A DNA stretch of 64,000 nucleotides from a virus, in IMG/VR virus record IMGVR_UViG_3300048918_000175, positions 4,010-68,009 of that record; one strand, written 5' to 3'. Within the stretch, counting starts at the first letter, position 1. The number at the start of each line of letters is the position of its first letter. The notes beneath the pieces were generated by a model. The model was not told the origin of the DNA, ran no database searches, and saw only the letters and a list, made by a program, of their open reading frames with translations. Position numbers and translations under genes: made by a program. Below, one piece after another: positions 54,966-64,000 of the stretch.

Positions 54966-55819
54966 TAGGACTCCTTATGTTCGTTCAGGTTCTTGTTGAC
55001 CACGTACGGCTTACCCTCAAGAAACGCCATGAGTTCATCGAAGGTGAGAGACGTTTGCTTTGTCCCAATATCTTCACCCACCTGATCGGCCGCCTTCCAA
55101 CGATGGTGTCCGTCGGCGATGTAGTCGTCAGCGGTAGTGATGATATCCTTCGACTTGTACGACCCATCAGCGCACATCTTATCAACCTTTTCCTGGTTGA
55201 AGTGCTTCTGGGTTGGGGTTAGTTCCGTCGTCTTGCGTCTCCGGGCGAGGATCGTGTGCCCGGAGTTTTCGAGGTCTTCCTTGAATGCGTTGAAGTCAGA
55301 GAGTTGTGGCAGTTCCTTTCGCGACAATTCGCCTTCTAGCGCAGCTTCCTTGAGTGTGTCCCGTCGCAGCAACTTGCGCTGCCGCTTCTTACTGACAACG
55401 GGCTCGGTCTCAAGATCCTGAACGTTTGCAGTGGTTGTTCCAGCAACGCCGCCCTCACCTTCTTCGGCAAGAGACCGGAATGATCTATAACCATATTTAG
55501 TGATTTGCGTCACGTCGATGAGGTCCAATTCTTCAGCAAGAATTTCCTCATCGCCTTCCTCATAATGTTCCCGCACAAGCGAAACCGCACGCTTGAGCAG
55601 GTCAGTGTGAACTGAGGACGTATCGAGGAGTTGCTTGACCCGGAACACGAGGCGATCGAGGAGCGTGTATGCATCCTTCTCAGCGTCGGTTCGGGGCTCG
55701 CGAATCAACTTACCCTGCGAGTCGATAATGCCTAGCTTGAAGGCAGGCGTCCCCCGAAATGGGGTCGTCAGCAACGTCAGAATGCGATAGGCAAGAACTG
55801 AATCGACAAGACGGGACAT
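54965..55819 (-). CDS. T4-like hypothetical protein fused to a ParB-like domain
   Basis: AFKLGIID N-terminal family; IADGHHRW. Confidence 0.7.
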   Translation of the reverse strand: MSRLVDSVLAYRILTLLTTPFRGTPAFKLGIIDSQGKLIREPRTDAEKDAYTLLDRLVFRVKQLLDTSSVHTDLLKRAVSLVREHYEEGDEEILAEELDLIDVTQITKYGYRSFRSLAEEGEGGVAGTTTANVQDLETEPVVSKKRQRKLLRRDTLKEAALEGELSRKELPQLSDFNAFKEDLENSGHTILARRRKTTELTPTQKHFNQEKVDKMCADGSYKSKDIITTADDYIADGHHRWKAADQVGEDIGTKQTSLTFDELMAFLEGKPYVVNKNLNEHKES

Positions 55820-56211
55820 TAGATGCTTCGCAGCGTGGTTACGATACCCGTATCGAGGCCGACGTTGACCTCAGGCACCTCTCCTTCGATGACGTAGCCA
55901 TCGGGGAGATAGTTGAGAAAGACAAGAAACGTTTTCAGTTGTGGCCAATATTGCCTGTCGATCTTGAAGAACAACAGAGGAACAGTGGCCACCCCGAATA
56001 CGTTATAGAGCGAGATGATATGGTTCAGCAACAACCGTTCCTGCAACACACCCGACTTCTGGTACTTGTTGAGGAGGCGCTTAATGTAGGTAAAGCGTGC
56101 GAGATCCTCCTCGAAATCTACCATCCCCAGACAGTGCGGGTTGTGGTAGTGCTGCATTGCCCACATGAAGAAATTTTCCTCATTGAGTCGAATTGTTGAT
56201 ACCATGCTCAC
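55819..56211 (-). CDS. Conserved T4-like hypothetical protein
   Basis: YxNPxC...F.EDL.RF.YIKRL...ERLLLNHII. Confidence 0.75.
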   Translation of the reverse strand: MSMVSTIRLNEENFFMWAMQHYHNPHCLGMVDFEEDLARFTYIKRLLNKYQKSGVLQERLLLNHIISLYNVFGVATVPLLFFKIDRQYWPQLKTFLVFLNYLPDGYVIEGEVPEVNVGLDTGIVTTLRSI

Positions 56212-56223
56212 CTACTGTAGAAG

Positions 56224-56694
56224 TTACCCAGCAGATCCCCATGAAGATCCAAAGCCACCGATCGGGTACCACTTTGTTCCGATCCACATGAGAAAGATTG
56301 ACGCCATTGCGGGCACGTCGAGCGAGGTTCCTTGGCTAGCGATGTTATCGCCTTGCAGCGAGATATCACCGGATCCACCGAGGTGAAGAATGATCTTCAA
56401 CTGGCCCTCGACCGTACCATCGTCAATACTTAGTACGTTCTGCAGGCTGTTGTCAGCGGTGTAGGTGGTGAGCACGGTCAACGAATTGACCGTGCCTGTA
56501 TTTGCGATAGTCTGTGACGGTGTGTCGAGGGCGACCAAGCCTCCGAAGCGGACCAGTGCATTCGGGAGGCTTGCCAGAAACGTTGCGAGCGCGATGCGAA
56601 CCGACACTCCATTCTGGATGAGATAAAGCTGGTCGGCGGGGCTCAGAGGCCCCGCCGGATCCATCGCCGACACTTTTGTGCCGAGTTCCTGCAT
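56224..56694 (-). CDS. Probable virion protein
   Basis: Beta-rich; DG...GQLKII...W.GTKW. Confidence 0.55.
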   Translation of the reverse strand: MQELGTKVSAMDPAGPLSPADQLYLIQNGVSVRIALATFLASLPNALVRFGGLVALDTPSQTIANTGTVNSLTVLTTYTADNSLQNVLSIDDGTVEGQLKIILHLGGSGDISLQGDNIASQGTSLDVPAMASIFLMWIGTKWYPIGGFGSSWGSAG

Positions 56695-57221
56695 TACGTT
56701 ACCGTGAGCGGAGCGGTAGCGGACACGAGACCTGCGGACGTCATGGTAAGTACAGCGGAGCCTGCAACGCTCTGCGCGAGACCCGTGAAGGTAGCGACAC
56801 CTGCGACCGCTGCCTGCGTCAACGTACCACTGAGTGTGGCCAAGCTAGACGAGAGGACAACCGACGCGGTGCTTGACGTGTTGAGATTGCCGTGTGCGTC
56901 GAGAATGTGAACGACGACGGTGAAAGACACCGCGTGTACGACAGATGCCGGGACGGTGAAGGCCTGGAGACTGTAGGCAGCACCGAAGTCCGGAAGGATC
57001 GAGTCGTCGGCATTGGTGTCAACTGTATCAGTCGGAGGCGACTTCATTGCAACAAGCGTTTCAAACGTGCGGCGCGAGCCGATCGTGCGGGTATAGACCC
57101 AACCTGGATGGGCAATACCGGGTGTGACGCCGACTTCTGTAGCGTCGGCACCAAGAATCTGGGCAGCGAGCTTCGTCGTGTCCTGTGTCTTGGGCTTTGC
57201 CGTTCGGCTGTTCATGGACAT
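56694..57221 (-). CDS. Probable virion protein with an Ig-like C-terminus
   Basis: HPGW...ETLVAM; GVATFTGL; ATAAATA box at 57255-57261. Confidence 0.6.
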   Translation of the reverse strand: MSMNSRTAKPKTQDTTKLAAQILGADATEVGVTPGIAHPGWVYTRTIGSRRTFETLVAMKSPPTDTVDTNADDSILPDFGAAYSLQAFTVPASVVHAVSFTVVVHILDAHGNLNTSSTASVVLSSSLATLSGTLTQAAVAGVATFTGLAQSVAGSAVLTMTSAGLVSATAPLTVT

Positions 57222-57269
57222 GGGTGATTCTCCTAAAGTAAAGTGGATTACTTCTATTTATGCTTTCGG

Positions 57270-57851
57270 CTACTTCTTGGCTTTGGACAACCGCTTCTGT
57301 TCCAGTGTTCGCATATGCGGTTGGAGCCGCTGTGCGACGTGGGCGACGACCGATGCCGAAACCTGCTTCTCGACGCGGCGACGATCCGTTGAACCTGTGA
57401 CGGATTTGGATCCGAGGCGCTTCTTGGTGAGACGCTGGGCAGCGAGGATCGCCCGCTTCTTGAGCGCCGCAGGACCTGACGCTCGCTTGAGCGACAGGCG
57501 CCGAGCCGACGCGCGCCGATTCTTGGACTTCATCGCAGCGAGCCGCTTCTTGACGCGACCCTGATACGAGAGTGCCTCGGTGACGGGCGTCTTGTATGTT
57601 GCCTCGTAGCCGCAATGACATTCGTCGTCACAATCGGGGCAGCAGGTGCAGTCATCGGCGGGGCAGCTTTGGCAAATCTCCAATTCATTCGGATCATATA
57701 GATCCTGAATTTGCTTCCACCCCAGTGTCTCTAGCTCAGTGCGGAGCCAAAGGTCATCCTGGTCAGTCCACTGATTCCAGTATCGTGCATCGGGGCCACT
57801 GATGCTCGGTGTGTCGTTGAATCCTTCAACTAGCGTGCGAAACGAGTCCAT
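57270..57851 (-). CDS. Hypothetical protein with a basic C-terminus (possible head-core type)
   Basis: Cys cluster followed by an Arg/Lys-rich helical domain. Confidence 0.55.
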   Translation of the reverse strand: MDSFRTLVEGFNDTPSISGPDARYWNQWTDQDDLWLRTELETLGWKQIQDLYDPNELEICQSCPADDCTCCPDCDDECHCGYEATYKTPVTEALSYQGRVKKRLAAMKSKNRRASARRLSLKRASGPAALKKRAILAAQRLTKKRLGSKSVTGSTDRRRVEKQVSASVVAHVAQRLQPHMRTLEQKRLSKAKK

Positions 57852-57859
57852 GTGTTCTC

Positions 57860-58552
57860 CTATCGTGACAGCACGATTGCGGTGAGGATTGAACTGATTG
57901 CCGCAACGGCCTTCCGCGACGGCATCGGAATGAATCCAAGAATCTTGTCGTGCTTCTCAATGCCTTTCTGAAGATCGGTGATAGTTGTCGAGTCTTTCTT
58001 GACCTGAGTCACGAGCTTGCCGTTTGCCGTCTTGAGCGTTGCCTCATTGTCTTTCAGCTTTCCGATCTCCACCTTCTGTGTAGCATTTATACTGGTTTGA
58101 ACCTTAAGCGAAGAATCGGTATTGTGGAACAGTGAATCAAGCCCCGCGATGATCGAATCCTGCTTCGGGATCACAGTTCGTGCGAGGGCGATGGAATCCG
58201 TCTGTGTCTTGAGAGAGTCGGCGTCGTGCTTCTCACGATTTACGCTTGCGAGTGTAACCGTATTCTTGACCTTGATCTTCTTGACAGTCTGGGAGAGAGA
58301 ATCGACAACCCCTTCCAGTTGCACAATCGTCGTGTCACGAGCGACAACCACCGTGAGAAGTGAGTCGTTTGCCTTGAGGGTCGCGGAGATCGTGGCCTTG
58401 GCCTTCGACGCTTCGGCAATTAATGGATCCTTACCTGAATGCTGACACGTCGCCATGACCAGCACCACCAATGCCGCAACGACAAGAATCTTTGCGGTCT
58501 CTGAGAACTTTCCCCAGGTATTACTGACGTACCACTTCGCGAGTGTCCACAT
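57860..58552 (-). CDS. Membrane-anchored coiled-coil protein (spanin-like)
   Basis: TM helix plus long coiled coil next to the endolysin. Confidence 0.55.
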   Translation of the reverse strand: MWTLAKWYVSNTWGKFSETAKILVVAALVVLVMATCQHSGKDPLIAEASKAKATISATLKANDSLLTVVVARDTTIVQLEGVVDSLSQTVKKIKVKNTVTLASVNREKHDADSLKTQTDSIALARTVIPKQDSIIAGLDSLFHNTDSSLKVQTSINATQKVEIGKLKDNEATLKTANGKLVTQVKKDSTTITDLQKGIEKHDKILGFIPMPSRKAVAAISSILTAIVLSR

Positions 58553-58561
58553 GTTAAAACC

Positions 58562-59260
58562 TCAGAGAGTTCGGAGTAGCTCAACTAGCTTGGGCTGGGG
58601 AGAGCAATCCCATTTGTCAGTCCGCACCGATGTGTGCGTCCAGATGCCAGGTTCACCTGCTTGTGCTCGCGGATCAATGTCGAACATTCCCATACCCTTG
58701 AAGGTCGTGGGGATGTTCCACTTCGCGACGAGATACTGAATGAGATCCTTCAGTGATGCCAACTGTGCGTCACTGTACGCCTGCCAATACAGATATCCCC
58801 GGTACGGGGTGTCGAGCTTGAGCACGCGCGCGGGATTCACAATGTCGCCTGTTGCGACGGTGAGATAGCGCCCGTCGGAGGTCTGATGAAGCGGACCCCA
58901 GTTGCAGAGTTCGATGCCGATTGACTTCTTGTTCAGTTCTAGTGAGCCCTTTGCCCCTGCAGGCTTCCCGTTGGGGTAGAGCATTGCCTGCCCACCCAGG
59001 TGCCAGGCATAATACTTCGAGGAGTAGGCTTGAAAGATTTGCCCATCGGTCCATGCCGTCACACCCTTCGGTGGGGGACCTGCGATGATGAAGGAGGTGG
59101 CAACGCGCTCAGGCGTCGATTCCCAGTACTCCAACACATCAAAGGGACTTGCACCACCTGCAGTGTGGTGCACGTAGATCGTATCCTTGGGCGTCTCCTC
59201 TTTGACGTACTGGTCGTCAGGAAACTGGGACAGGACGATACGGCTGAGAATATCAGGCAT
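58562..59260 (-). CDS. N-acetylmuramoyl-L-alanine amidase (endolysin)
   Basis: VHHTAG, AWHLG, SIGIELCNWG, YSDAQ, WTH...DKWD motifs. Confidence 0.85.
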   Translation of the reverse strand: MPDILSRIVLSQFPDDQYVKEETPKDTIYVHHTAGGASPFDVLEYWESTPERVATSFIIAGPPPKGVTAWTDGQIFQAYSSKYYAWHLGGQAMLYPNGKPAGAKGSLELNKKSIGIELCNWGPLHQTSDGRYLTVATGDIVNPARVLKLDTPYRGYLYWQAYSDAQLASLKDLIQYLVAKWNIPTTFKGMGMFDIDPRAQAGEPGIWTHTSVRTDKWDCSPQPKLVELLRTL

Positions 59261-59676
59261 TAGACGGGACCCGCAGGCTGATTGGGATCCGGCTGAGTGG
59301 GTGGCACGGGCTGTGACGCTGCCGCCAAGAGTGCCGCTGCCGCCCTATCAGCGTCAGCCTTCGCGGTCTGCGCGGCGACGGCCGCATCGTTCTCTGCACC
59401 ACCGCCAAGGTCACCTGTCGGGACACCCACGAGCTTCTCAATAATGGCCGCCGCCCACGTTGGGACACCGGTGATTGCGAGAAGGCCAAACACCCACTTG
59501 TACATGTTCCATGCGATTGCAGGAACCTTCCAGACACCTGAACCCACAAGACCGAACGCGACGAAGAAGAACACGACGCATCCGAGGTACATCACCTGCA
59601 GGAGGTCTAGATCATCGTTGCGCGTGAAGAACAGACGGTACAGGAACGGTGACTGCTCTGAACTCGGGGTATCCAT
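59260..59676 (-). CDS. Holin-like membrane protein
   Basis: Two TM helices immediately upstream of the endolysin. Confidence 0.5.
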   Translation of the reverse strand: MDTPSSEQSPFLYRLFFTRNDDLDLLQVMYLGCVVFFFVAFGLVGSGVWKVPAIAWNMYKWVFGLLAITGVPTWAAAIIEKLVGVPTGDLGGGAENDAAVAAQTAKADADRAAAALLAAASQPVPPTQPDPNQPAGPV

Positions 59677-60229
59677 AAGTATGATCCTCTAGGCCCATCC
59701 CGAACCGAACTTGCGCGAACATGTACAGCGCCAGCGCAGGTTCGGGACAGCCTTTCTTGAAATCGGCAAAGTTGCATTGTGCGGCCAACTCCCGCATCTG
59801 CGATGCCGACATACCTTCAGCACCTTCAGAATCGGGGTCGCGCTCACCAGCCGAAACGACTTCGATTTCCGTGAAGTCGTACTCTTTCCCGTTGTACTGA
59901 TTCAGGACAGCCCGATGCCCAGTCACACGGTCAGAGCCAGCCACCATGACTACTCTGTCGTATTTATCCGAAACGGTACCCAGGTATTTCAGAAATGACG
60001 GGATTTCGGGGCTAGAGGTTACCAAATTTGTGGACGGAAAGAAGATCCGTGCCAGTTCCAATTTCGTCTGTGGTGGGAGCGGGTTCCGTTTCTTGTCCAT
60101 TGAGTGAGACAAGATGACGACGTGGTCCGCGTTCTCCCGCTTCGCGACTGCACGGACCCCGTTGATGAGAACCTGATGGCCGATTGTCGGAGGATTCATT
60201 CGTCCATAAGCGAAGACCAGTGTGCTCAC
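59612..60229 (-). CDS. Cytidylyltransferase-like protein
   Basis: YGRMNPPTIGH, NPL, AGSDRV, SAGERDPD and MSAS motifs. Confidence 0.85.
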   Translation of the reverse strand: MSTLVFAYGRMNPPTIGHQVLINGVRAVAKRENADHVVILSHSMDKKRNPLPPQTKLELARIFFPSTNLVTSSPEIPSFLKYLGTVSDKYDRVVMVAGSDRVTGHRAVLNQYNGKEYDFTEIEVVSAGERDPDSEGAEGMSASQMRELAAQCNFADFKKGCPEPALALYMFAQVRFGMGLEDHTYGYPEFRAVTVPVPSVLHAQR

Positions 60230-61449
60230 TTCCAGACCTTGGCTTGAGTGAAGTTGTTCCGCGAGAACTCGTCCCGATTGACGAGCTTGACGACCTCGTT
60301 CCGTTTCTTGTCGTGAAAGACGTAGCCCTCGGGGCCTGTCGCGGCATATCGGGTCGGGCCGAAGTCATCGGGGACTTCCTTGAACGTTTTCACCGCCTGA
60401 TTCGCGTTCAGTGACTCTACAATGACGTCCTTCACGGACATGATAGTGAAGTATAGTCTGACGAATTTGCGCCAGTCCTGTGTGTTCTGATGGAGCCACG
60501 CATCCATGTCTGCACCGATCATGGCCCATCGTGTCTTGGCCTTCTGTGTCTTGACTGCTGCGATCCTGCGCGAGAAGCGCGCCCACACGAAGTCGGCGAA
60601 GCCGTCACCATTTAATTCAGCACCATCGCGAATGAGCGAATTGACATATCGGTTCCAGAGGTACCCGGGTGTCATGTCCTTGTCGGAGTCTAGCGCGACC
60701 TGATCGAGGAACGGTGTCATTAGGTCACATCCCTGCTCAATCATATCTTCAGCGCCGCGTGCCTCATATGTTGTCAGCAGAGTCCCGCGCCGTTCATACC
60801 GTGCCTCTTCGATCCATGCGTCATAGAGGATGAAATTGCGGAGGGTGCGCACCTGTTCCCGCACATCAGGGTACGTAGTCATTTCTCTAACCCACATGCC
60901 TCGCGTACCCACATACCGCGTGTGGAAGACGACGCCGAGTGAGGTGGGTGCCATTTCTGTTGCGAGGTGCGATCCTAGTGGGACACCATAGCGAACTGTA
61001 TTGGGCTTGAAGGAGAAGTAGATCGTGTCTCCAATTTCCTCCCACGACGCCTGTCGCGAAGTCCCACGCGCCCACATGATATCACCCTGCAGGATCGTGA
61101 ACCACTCACGCGGTGCGAGCACCCTGAATGCACGCTTGAGGATTTCAGCGAGGTCGCCTTTGCCCCCGTACTGCTCCTCAATCTCATCCTCCGAGAACGC
61201 GAGACGCTGATCCTGCGCGAGTGCGGCGTGCTTCGTCGCGATGAAGAACCGATCCGTCTGGGGATCACGCCCACAGATGATTGCAGGTGCCCCGTCCCAC
61301 TTTGTAGTGAGGTCGTTTCTGAACCACGCATCGTCATCATCCTGCACCATGTCGATCAGGTCGCGGCAGTAGTCCAATGCGCGCAGTGCACCCGCTTGTC
61401 CGCCCTGCAGGATCAGGTCTTCAAGGTGCGTGATGTGGTTGTTGCTCAT
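60226..61449 (-). CDS. DUF6267-like conserved T4-like protein
   Basis: HITHLED, KWDGAPAI, QGD, FKPNT, EGYV, KLVNRDEFS; start re-set to MSNNH. Confidence 0.75.
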   Translation of the reverse strand: MSNNHITHLEDLILQGGQAGALRALDYCRDLIDMVQDDDDAWFRNDLTTKWDGAPAIICGRDPQTDRFFIATKHAALAQDQRLAFSEDEIEEQYGGKGDLAEILKRAFRVLAPREWFTILQGDIMWARGTSRQASWEEIGDTIYFSFKPNTVRYGVPLGSHLATEMAPTSLGVVFHTRYVGTRGMWVREMTTYPDVREQVRTLRNFILYDAWIEEARYERRGTLLTTYEARGAEDMIEQGCDLMTPFLDQVALDSDKDMTPGYLWNRYVNSLIRDGAELNGDGFADFVWARFSRRIAAVKTQKAKTRWAMIGADMDAWLHQNTQDWRKFVRLYFTIMSVKDVIVESLNANQAVKTFKEVPDDFGPTRYAATGPEGYVFHDKKRNEVVKLVNRDEFSRNNFTQAKVWK

Positions 61450-61880
61450 GGGATGAACGTTCCCTTCGCGAGACAGATGGGGTCTGACTGGTAGGGATGA
61501 AACCACTTGCCACCCATCTCCTCACACTTGGCACGCGCGACGGCGAGTTGTTCATCCGCTTCAAGGAGCGCGTGGACAAGAAAGGCGAACGCGCACAACA
61601 TGAACACGCCGAAAAACCACTTCTGAATTTTCTCGCTCATTGTGACGAATCATCCTTTCCGCAGTGAAGGCAGATGTAACCTGTAATGGTGATATGCGAG
61701 CAGATGCCGCAGCGATGCCAATTCAAGAACGTATCGGCGCAGATAACCTTGTCCGAGCGATCACGCCGACGCATGGCATCGGCCATCGCGTAGGAGTTCT
61801 TGCTGTGGTACTGGTATTTCTCCTTGTCTGCTGCCGCTTGCTTCTCACTCAATCTGGGCATTGTTCCTCATGATAAAGGG

Positions 61881-61914
61881 ATTTGGGTGTGCCGCGCTAA
61901 CGACACACCCAAAT
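61881..61914 (-). terminator. Hairpin, possible terminator
   Basis: 11 bp inverted repeat ATTTGGGTGTG/CACACCCAAAT after the 61923 ORF. Confidence 0.45.
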
Positions 61915-61922
61915 ATCACTTC

Positions 61923-62381
61923 CTACGCCAAGCTACGCAACTGCCTGGGTCCATGTAGTGCGAACTCACGTACACCATTCTGAAACGTTGACCCGTTGGT
62001 CAGTGCAGCAGTCGCCTTCCACTTCATCTCTCGCAGGAGTCGTTGCTCGACAACACGCCAGTGCCACTTGGCCCAATCAGACTTGGCCGTGGCCTGAGCC
62101 TTTTGGGCAAGCATCAAGTGCCGCTCATCTTGAGCAAGCACCACCTCATCGTTCACAACCGCTACGATGCGCCCGACGGGGTAATGCACTTCCAGATCAA
62201 TCGTCTGGAACTCAAAGACCGATTTCCCCTTTCGTGCATTGTCCCAAATGCGGAAGAACGTGATGGGCGCGATGATGAGGACAAGAAAGAATCCAATCAA
62301 GAGACTGCTGTAGAGGATTTCCATGATATAGATTGAGGTGAAAAGAAGAACATGTTGGGCCATTGCGATCCCCTTCACCAA
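61923..62381 (-). CDS. Membrane-anchored hypothetical protein
   Basis: TM helix; start probably MEILY. Confidence 0.55.
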   Translation of the reverse strand: MVKGIAMAQHVLLFTSIYIMEILYSSLLIGFFLVLIIAPITFFRIWDNARKGKSVFEFQTIDLEVHYPVGRIVAVVNDEVVLAQDERHLMLAQKAQATAKSDWAKWHWRVVEQRLLREMKWKATAALTNGSTFQNGVREFALHGPRQLRSLA

Positions 62382-62477
62382 CCCTCACGGGTCGATTGAG
62401 GCCGAGACACACCTGTCGCAACTCCTCTCGGTCAGCATTGGGTGGCCAGTCCCTAGCAACCCAACGTGTTCTGCTTT

Positions 62478-62729
62478 CTAGCGGAAGATCGTTGCGCCAA
62501 ACGCCTTGTACGCCGCAGCCACGACCTTCGCCGACGGCTTACCGAGACGATACTCGGTGCGTCCGAAAACGTTCTTGTTCGTGTAGATGCAGTTGCCCTG
62601 CGCGCGAAGATCGTTCACGCGAGCGCGCAGATTGCGCACACCGTAAAAGACGCGAGCACCGTACGCCGTCAGCGCACCACCGGTCTTGAGACGTGCAAGG
62701 ACAACGTCGTTCTGATTTCGTGTAGCCAT
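62478..62729 (-). CDS. Winged-helix DNA-binding protein
   Basis: LT...A...YGVRNLRARVNDLR..G..I. Confidence 0.7.
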   Translation of the reverse strand: MATRNQNDVVLARLKTGGALTAYGARVFYGVRNLRARVNDLRAQGNCIYTNKNVFGRTEYRLGKPSAKVVAAAYKAFGATIFR

Positions 62730-62843
62730 GAAATGAATCTCCGAAAATGCCCACTTTCCACTTCAAGCGCATCGGACAGTGGGTGAGCCCGAGCGCAATG
62801 GGGACGAGGGAGATCCCGAGACCTCCCTCCTCTCCCGTGTTCG

Positions 62844-63245
62844 TTACGCGACGATTGCCGCTTCGACTGCCGCCGCCTGAGCGGGCTTGAGATTTGAGAC
62901 GCGCACCGCGCCCTTGCCCGAGCCCTTTGCAGCGGCCTTCGGGGAGGTCTTCTTGGCGCTCGCAGCAGGCGCTGTCACTGTCGAGACCACGCTACCCGCT
63001 TCCTTGCCGAAGCGATCAATGACCTTCTGCACAGCCGACACCGCAGCCGCGTCAGAAAGAATCTTGCTCTGGGTGAGCAGATAGTTCGCAGCGTCCTGCT
63101 TCGTCATCTTGCTCGGCAGCGCGATGAACTCGGCGTTGCCATTCGCGAGCCGCTTGACGCGGGTCGAGAGATTGTTCGTGAAGCGGACCTTGAGTCCCTT
63201 CGGGGTCGGTGCGATACCTGCGTGAGTGAACTGCTGTGTGGTCAT
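62844..63245 (-). CDS. Basic Ala/Lys-rich hypothetical protein
   Basis: KVRFTNN..RVKRL...LPSKMTK family; GGAG RBS. Confidence 0.65.
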   Translation of the reverse strand: MTTQQFTHAGIAPTPKGLKVRFTNNLSTRVKRLANGNAEFIALPSKMTKQDAANYLLTQSKILSDAAAVSAVQKVIDRFGKEAGSVVSTVTAPAASAKKTSPKAAAKGSGKGAVRVSNLKPAQAAAVEAAIVA

Positions 63246-63508
63246 TGCGTCTCCAGTATAATGAATGTGTGAATCACTTCGCGTTGCGTCTGTCAGGACA
63301 GTTTGACCGGGAACTCATCAGTCGTCAGGGCCCCGTACCCCGAGCCATCAGCCCAGGACTCGTCAAGCTCATCGACTTCAATTTCCGATCCTTCGACCTC
63401 GCTACCCCGTTCCTCGTGGACTTTGTTTCGGTCCCAGAACTTGTGCAGTAGCTTACGAATCATTTCCCGACTCCGCAGTAGATATACTGAAAACTAATAC
63501 CGTAGTCC

Positions 63509-64000
63509 TCATCCCGCAAGCCCTATTTTGACCGTTTTTGGGCCGAATTCCGCTCCAATTTCGGGAATTAACGGCATTCTGACTCTGCGTCCGACTCGCT
63601 GGATCCGAACGATACGGGACGGGGGATTTGCGGATTTATACCATTTAACGACTTTCTTCAGGAGCAGTTTGCGCAGTTCGGTCCAGTCGAGTCCCCGAAA
63701 TGCTGACTTGTACATATAGAAGCCCTGGACTCGTCTGAGCGTGTCAATCTGATTGAGCAGCGACCCGAGCGACCGGTCGGGGTAGTAGAAGCGAAGCTCC
63801 ATCGCAATGTCGTGAGCATACGCATCCACCTCCGAAAAGTCTGTGAGATATTCAACCATGTCGATCCGCTTCTTGGACCGAAGGGTGTGCTCAACACGGA
63901 CATGTCGATTATAGTAGTCCACCATCGACGCCGACGCGGCCATGAAGTGTCCGCGGTGGATGAGTTCATGCTGGAGGATTTGCGACAGGAAGAAGCGAAT
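63509..64000 (-). CDS. HExxH protein, 5' end beyond the window
   Basis: Frame is open to the window edge: ILQHELIH...Y...EVDAYA. Confidence 0.6.
   Translation of the reverse strand: MRFFLSQILQHELIHRGHFMAASASMVDYYNRHVRVEHTLRSKKRIDMVEYLTDFSEVDAYAHDIAMELRFYYPDRSLGSLLNQIDTLRRVQGFYMYKSAFRGLDWTELRKLLLKKVVKWYKSANPPSRIVRIQRVGRRVRMPLIPEIGAEFGPKTVKIGLAG

Overview
A 64 kb piece of a large T4-like dsDNA phage genome, almost entirely coded on the minus strand. Supporting genes include gp61-type primase, T4-type RNase H, an endonuclease II-like GIY-YIG protein, a cytidylyltransferase and TATAAATA/CTAAATA late-promoter boxes. From left to right it holds: an RNA-repair trio (Rnl1 ligase, Pnkp kinase-phosphatase, DRB0094-type ligase); a ~12.5 kb early region of small ORFs carrying 23 copies of a conserved sigma70-type promoter cassette; an array of 36 tRNAs covering all 20 amino acids, interleaved with unexplained structured RNAs; nucleotide metabolism genes (nrdJ, thyX, thioredoxin, MazG-like); and virion and lysis genes. 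The best candidate for a new system is a ribosome-mediated attenuator directly upstream of the tRNA array. Its 56-codon leader peptide contains all 20 amino acids within the first 37 codons and is followed by an antiterminator/terminator pair, which suggests a sensor for depletion of any tRNA. The second candidate is a set of mini-genes carrying isolated fragments of capsid (including the Gol peptide), portal and prohead protease, possibly decoys for host immune sensors. All calls were made by eye with no database searches, so coordinates may be off by a few bases.
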